Assembly: GCA_026388095.1 (NCBI GenBank)
Contig: JAPLKL010000018.1
Span: forward strand, 38,388 to 102,387
Origin: Elusimicrobiota bacterium
Lineage (GTDB): Bacteria > Elusimicrobiota > Elusimicrobia > UBA1565 > UBA9628
DNA length: 64,000 nt
Direction: 5' to 3'
Shown here in pieces: positions 60,255 to 64,000 of this stretch (position 1 is the first letter of the stretch; the number at the start of each line of letters is the position of its first letter). Made by a program: the position numbers and the translations under genes. The notes beneath the pieces are model-generated. The model did not search any database, had not been told where the DNA came from, and saw only the letters and a list, made by a program, of their open reading frames with translations.

Positions 60255-61302
60255 GATTTCCCTCCGGCCCGAGCCACTTATCGTAAATCATCCGCGCGGT
60301 CTCTACTTCCCGCGGCCCCCCCTCATTCAGCAGGTCTGCATAGACCAAGAGGGGCGTGGCAAGAGGGAATTCCTGGGCTGCTTGCTTGGCTATAGCGGTA
60401 TCGGCAAAGAGTCTGAGCAAGGTCAGGTTGCCGTTTTTGTCGGGCAACAAGGGCTCCATTTTTTTCAAGTGCTGCTCTGCCTGCTCATCTACGAACAATG
60501 TGACATTGTCCGGCTCAAGATGTCCGGTCAACTGCTTTGCAGCCATGCCGCCAGTGACGGCCCAGCGCGCCTGCGTGTTCATCAGGACTTGCTGGGTAGC
60601 CCCCAAGATCACCTTCGGTTGGAATCTTCTATGCCGATACCGCCCGATCAGGCATGCCGGCCGCAGCTTGAGGGCATAGCCGCGGACAAAGGTCTCCACT
60701 AGTTCCTTTGCATCGCCGAGGCGCCGCTCCCGGCCCGGCCCCGGCAGCAGCAATCGCGCAAGCATCAGTTCCCGCATGACTTTGTGGGCCGTAGCTAGAG
60801 CGACATTGGCCTGCTCCGCGATGACGCGAAGGGGCTCCTTGAGGACCTGGGGCTGAGTCAGCAGCAAGTGACAAATCTTCAGCCCGCCAGCTTCCACGAT
60901 CCTGCCCGGCTCGGGAGCAAGGCGAGCCTCCGGGCGTTTGCCTCTGATATCGATAAGGAGCTGCGGAGGATGCCGGAAATAGGCATTTCCGAGCGTGTCT
61001 GCGAAATCGACACCGGCCTCCCGAAGCTCCTGGGCAACCGCTTCCGGAATCCATTTGGCGAGAATCACGATTCCGGCGTTCTTGCCGGCATAGGCGCGTG
61101 CCTGGAGCACGGCGTTGAGCGCCTGGGCCCTGGTGGCGATGTTCGTCTTGCATTCGCCGACCAACTCTATCCGCGGCTGGGTTGGGAGGACCAGCTTTAC
61201 GTCCGGTCCCCTTTGTCCAGTCGGCTGGATATGGGCGATGACCTGCTTGCCTAGCAAATGTCTGATATTTTCCAGGCACCCATGGATTATTTCGTTCGTC
61301 AT
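60247..61302 (-). CDS. AbiEi-like regulator candidate with an N-terminal PD-(D/E)xK-like segment and a central wHTH
   Basis: GPDVKLVL...IELVGECK (D...ExK pattern). LRVIAEQANVALATAHKVMRELMLARLL (wHTH-like). GGAG lies 5 nt upstream of the ATG at 61302. Alternative start at 61317. Confidence 0.45.
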   Translation of the reverse strand: MTNEIIHGCLENIRHLLGKQVIAHIQPTGQRGPDVKLVLPTQPRIELVGECKTNIATRAQALNAVLQARAYAGKNAGIVILAKWIPEAVAQELREAGVDFADTLGNAYFRHPPQLLIDIRGKRPEARLAPEPGRIVEAGGLKICHLLLTQPQVLKEPLRVIAEQANVALATAHKVMRELMLARLLLPGPGRERRLGDAKELVETFVRGYALKLRPACLIGRYRHRRFQPKVILGATQQVLMNTQARWAVTGGMAAKQLTGHLEPDNVTLFVDEQAEQHLKKMEPLLPDKNGNLTLLRLFADTAIAKQAAQEFPLATPLLVYADLLNEGGPREVETARMIYDKWLGPEGNLG

Positions 61303-61646
61303 ATCAGCTCCGTTCATTGTCAATGAACAGCGTAATGCATCGAACACACTTTGTCAAGGCCCTAAGCCAGCCGGGGAAACCCCACAGAACGGCGGCAGCC
61401 GCATCAAGGAACGGCCAAAGCTTGATCCTCGCCGTCCACCTGAGTTCTTGCCCCTTATCCCGCCGGTTGCCCCAATGCTACACTGTGGGCTGCAGCGCGG
61501 TATATTCCGTTATCTCTGAGGCTTCAAGGCCAGAATAGAAATTGAAGTCCAGAGTTCAGCCAAGCCTGTCGCGGCGAGTTAATCAAGCCCTAAGGCGACC
61601 CAAAACGCGACGGCCGCATCATAAGGGGCATATTGCCCACGACAAC

Positions 61647-62105
61647 TCACTCTAAACCGCGCGACAAACACGCATCCTCCATGAACTTGGCCTCAGCAGT
61701 CGCGGCGACCACGCCGCTCTGGGCTATCTCGGCTTTGAGCGCGTGCAGAGGCGGGAACGACTTGACGACCCATGCCTTGACGGTAGCAGGCTTCCCGCAA
61801 CGCACGGGAGCTACATACTTGAGGTTCAACTCGGCGGTCAGGGCGGCCAAGCCCTGGGAAAAGAGGCAGTTGGTCATGGCACTGTCGATGACCGAAGCGA
61901 TGACGCCGCCGTGAAGATAGCCCTTGTAGCCCTCGAATCGGAAGTGGCAGAAGAATTCGGATGAGACCATCCCCACCCGCTCGACCTCAAACTTCAGCTT
62001 GAACCCTACAGGGTTCTTGGTCCCGCAGAGCAGGCAGGTGTTATGAAGCGATTCCTGCGTCTTTGCGTGCAGCTTTCGCAGTCTCTCGTTATCGCCTAAT
62101 GGCAT
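61647..62105 (-). CDS. PaaI-family hotdog-fold thioesterase
   Basis: HGGVIASVIDSAM core. Start at MPLGDNE (62105) overlaps the upstream gene by 10 nt. Confidence 0.7.
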   Translation of the reverse strand: MPLGDNERLRKLHAKTQESLHNTCLLCGTKNPVGFKLKFEVERVGMVSSEFFCHFRFEGYKGYLHGGVIASVIDSAMTNCLFSQGLAALTAELNLKYVAPVRCGKPATVKAWVVKSFPPLHALKAEIAQSGVVAATAEAKFMEDACLSRGLE

Positions 62106-62812
62106 CCGCCCTTGCCATGGTGGCCGCAAGCCATCGTCGCATCAGCTTCCTTGAGCTTTCCCGCGTTGATGGCCGCGACGGTCGCTTCGACCGTGGGCTC
62201 GGTGCTGATATAGACCTTGATCCCGGCGGCGTTGAGCCCGCGGATGGCCCCCATGCCGATGCCGCCCACGGCCACGGCGTCCGGCTTGGATTCGCCCACG
62301 GCCTTGAGCGGATTGCACATGCCGTGCTCGTGCACGACATTGCCGTTGTCGATGATCTCGCATTTCAACGTCTTGCTGTCGCAGACTGTGAAATAGGGCG
62401 CGCTTCCGAAATGCCCGTAGACTTCGGCCTTGAGCCCTTCCTTGGTACCCGTCGGTATGCAGATTCTCATCGTGTTCTCCTTGCGAGTCTTCCGATTTCG
62501 GAAAGCCAGAGGCCCCCGTTGCGTGAGCCGTACCGGCCCCCCTTCTATCCTCAATGCTTTCCCGTGCGCCAACGCGTCGGCGATCTTCCGGTGGGCCGAA
62601 GCCAGGATGAGCCCCACGGTCTGCCGGGACACGTTCATCCTCCGCGCAGCATCGGCCTGCTGCAGACCGCGCAGGTCCACCAGGCGGATGGCCTCGAGTT
62701 CGTCGAGCTTCAGCCGGACTTCGTCCAGGTCGGTCAGCGGGATGCCCCGCGGCTTGAAGTAGCAGGCCTGGGGTCCGCCGTCGATGTTGCGGCATTTGAG
62801 AGGTCTTGGCAT
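62096..62812 (-). CDS. DUF134 (sigma region-4-like HTH) fused to a NifB/NifX-type FeMo-cofactor-binding-like domain
   Basis: MPRPLKCRNI...FKPRGIPL...ELEAIRLVDLRGLQQADAARRMNVSRQTVGLILASAHRKIADAL, then in frame MRICIPTGTKEGLKAEVYGHFGSAPYFTV...VAVGGIGMGAIRGLNAAGIKVY. Confidence 0.7.
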   Translation of the reverse strand: MPRPLKCRNIDGGPQACYFKPRGIPLTDLDEVRLKLDELEAIRLVDLRGLQQADAARRMNVSRQTVGLILASAHRKIADALAHGKALRIEGGPVRLTQRGPLAFRNRKTRKENTMRICIPTGTKEGLKAEVYGHFGSAPYFTVCDSKTLKCEIIDNGNVVHEHGMCNPLKAVGESKPDAVAVGGIGMGAIRGLNAAGIKVYISTEPTVEATVAAINAGKLKEADATMACGHHGKGGCH

Positions 62813-63198
62813 TATTGGCCTATGCCAATTATAGAGGATATCCAGTCAGCCGTCAACCTGGAACCGCCAGGGTGGAGCGCTGATCTTCCCCCTGATTCCC
62901 GACCAAGCTGAATTGGAGAATCCGGTGTCCTTGGATAATGCCACGGTCTTTGCGCCTAGGAGCGGGCGCAAGGAGGCAGGGCCGAGCATGCAGTTCAAGT
63001 TGCGCCGCCAATGATCCCCAACCGTTTCTCGTCGACGATTTGCGGCAGCGCTCCTATTCTGTGTATCATATCCACATTGGGCCCGTCGGCGATCGAGTGC
63101 CCGAAGTGGATACTTTTTGGACACTCGGCCAAAAATGTGAATTTTTGGCAAATTCGTAGTTGTTAAATTGTTCTTTAATTAGCAGTAGAAGTTCACAC

Positions 63199-63285
63199 GG
63201 TTGGGTGGCTGAGCGGTCAAAAGCAACGGTCTGTAAAACCGTCGGGCTACGCCCTACGCAGGTTCGAATCCTGCCCCAACCACCA
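63199..63285 (+). tRNA. tRNA-Tyr (GTA anticodon), class II with long variable arm, CCA encoded
   Basis: Hand-folded. Acceptor GGTTGGG/CCCAACC, D stem GCT/AGC, anticodon stem ACGGT/ACCGT with loop CTGTAAA, variable arm GGGCTACGCCC, T arm GCAGG-TTCGAAT-CCTGC, then A-CCA. Confidence 0.9.
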
Positions 63286-63305
63286 CTTTCGTGCGCGAGG
63301 TGAGC

Positions 63306-64000
63306 ATGGCTCTCAATATCGTCGTCTGCGTCAAGAACACGCCCTCCACGCTGGCCGTGCCGGTGGATGCGGCCACGGGCCTGCCCAAGACCGCGGGCTT
63401 GGTCTTCGCCATGAACCCCTTCGACGAGTACGCGGTCGAGGAGGCCGTGCGCATCAAGGAGAAGAACCCCGGCACCACCGTGACCGCCCTGGCCCTCGGC
63501 CCGGAATCGGACCACGCGGTCCTGCGCGACGCCATCTCCCGGGGCTGCGACGCCGGCGTCCTGCTCTCCGGGCCTGAGCTGCAGGGCGGCGACGCCTTCG
63601 CCATCAGCCGCGCCCTGGCCGCCGCGATCAAGAAGCTCAACGGCCAGAAACCCGTGCACCTGCTCCTCTTCGGCAAGAACACCAACGACGACAACTCCGG
63701 CACCGTGGGCGGCCAGGTCGCGGCCTGGCTGGACTGGCCCGGGGCGCTCTCGGTCAAGAAGATCGAGTCCATAGACGAGTCCTCGGCCGTGCTCTGGCGC
63801 ATGATGGAGGACGGCGTGGACAAGGTCAAGGTCCAGCTCCCCGCGGCCGTGGGCACGGTCAAGGAGATCAACGAGCCGCGCGTGCCTTCCCTGCGGGGCA
63901 AGATGGCGGCCAAGAAGGCCTCCATCCCCACCTGGACCGCGGCCGACCTGGCCTTGAAGCCCGAGGACGCCGGGGCGGCGGGGGCGCGCGTCAAGCTCGC
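63306..64000 (+). CDS. etfB: electron transfer flavoprotein beta subunit (third copy, classical type); 3' end runs off the right edge
   Basis: Not in the ORF track (no stop in the window). Hand translation: MALNIVVCVKNTPSTLAVPVDAATGLPKTAGLVFAMNPFDEYAVEEAVRIKEKNPG...FGKNTNDDNSGTVGGQVAAWLDWPGAL...EPRVPSLRGKMAAKKA. Confidence 0.85.
   Translation, partial: MALNIVVCVKNTPSTLAVPVDAATGLPKTAGLVFAMNPFDEYAVEEAVRIKEKNPGTTVTALALGPESDHAVLRDAISRGCDAGVLLSGPELQGGDAFAISRALAAAIKKLNGQKPVHLLLFGKNTNDDNSGTVGGQVAAWLDWPGALSVKKIESIDESSAVLWRMMEDGVDKVKVQLPAAVGTVKEINEPRVPSLRGKMAAKKASIPTWTAADLALKPEDAGAAGARVKL

Noticed and set aside
55789-63198. Search for an integrase, excisionase or recombinase gene inside the tRNA-bounded island
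   Set aside because: All ORFs over 60 aa on both strands were read, and none shows tyrosine-recombinase (R...HxxR...Y) or serine-recombinase features. The gaps at 55564-55981, 61303-61646 and 62813-63198 contain no convincing remnant.
63066-63994. Minus-strand ORFs 63066..63659 and 63254..63994
   Set aside because: They run antisense through the tRNA-Tyr gene and the third etfB gene, whose plus-strand translation is a textbook EtfB.

Overview
High-GC bacterial DNA (taxon not identifiable from the sequence), densely packed with genes that are often translationally coupled through ATGA or GTGA overlaps. About two thirds of the window is an anaerobe-style supercluster for short- and branched-chain acyl-CoA metabolism. 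It encodes B12-dependent mutases (methylmalonyl-CoA mutase, MeaB, fused IcmF) and a PduO-type adenosyltransferase. It has a full butyryl-CoA beta-oxidation set: acyl-CoA dehydrogenase, EtfAB, crotonase, 3-hydroxyacyl-CoA dehydrogenase, thiolase, and a membrane HdrD/GlpC-like Fe-S oxidoreductase. It also carries a fused phosphotransbutyrylase-butyrate kinase, and a second ETF module whose EtfA is fused to a divergent AbfD/HpaB-family domain. A leucine/isovalerate block holds a dehydrogenase, a split methylcrotonyl-CoA carboxylase and methylglutaconyl-CoA hydratase. That block is joined to an archaeal-type HMG-CoA synthase/thiolase/DUF35 trio rather than an HMG-CoA lyase. Accessory insertions interrupt the cluster: an IS91-family transposase with a Fic gene, a Phd/Doc module with a near-consensus promoter, and a 76-bp MITE-like hairpin flanked by a 10-bp duplication between two coupled genes. 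The right third carries a TetR-TolC-HlyD-ABC2 efflux operon. It also carries a cytoplasmic kinase/ECF sigma/soluble ZAS anti-sigma/small Cys-rich peptide module. From about 54.9 to 63.2 kb lies a visibly more A/T-rich island. It is bounded by a 41-nt copy of the 5' half of tRNA-Tyr and the intact tRNA-Tyr, and no integrase is visible. The island holds two AbiE-like toxin-antitoxin modules, each convergent with a sigma-70 region-2-only paralogue. No rRNA genes or CRISPR arrays were seen. All functional calls rest on motif recognition by eye, not database searches.
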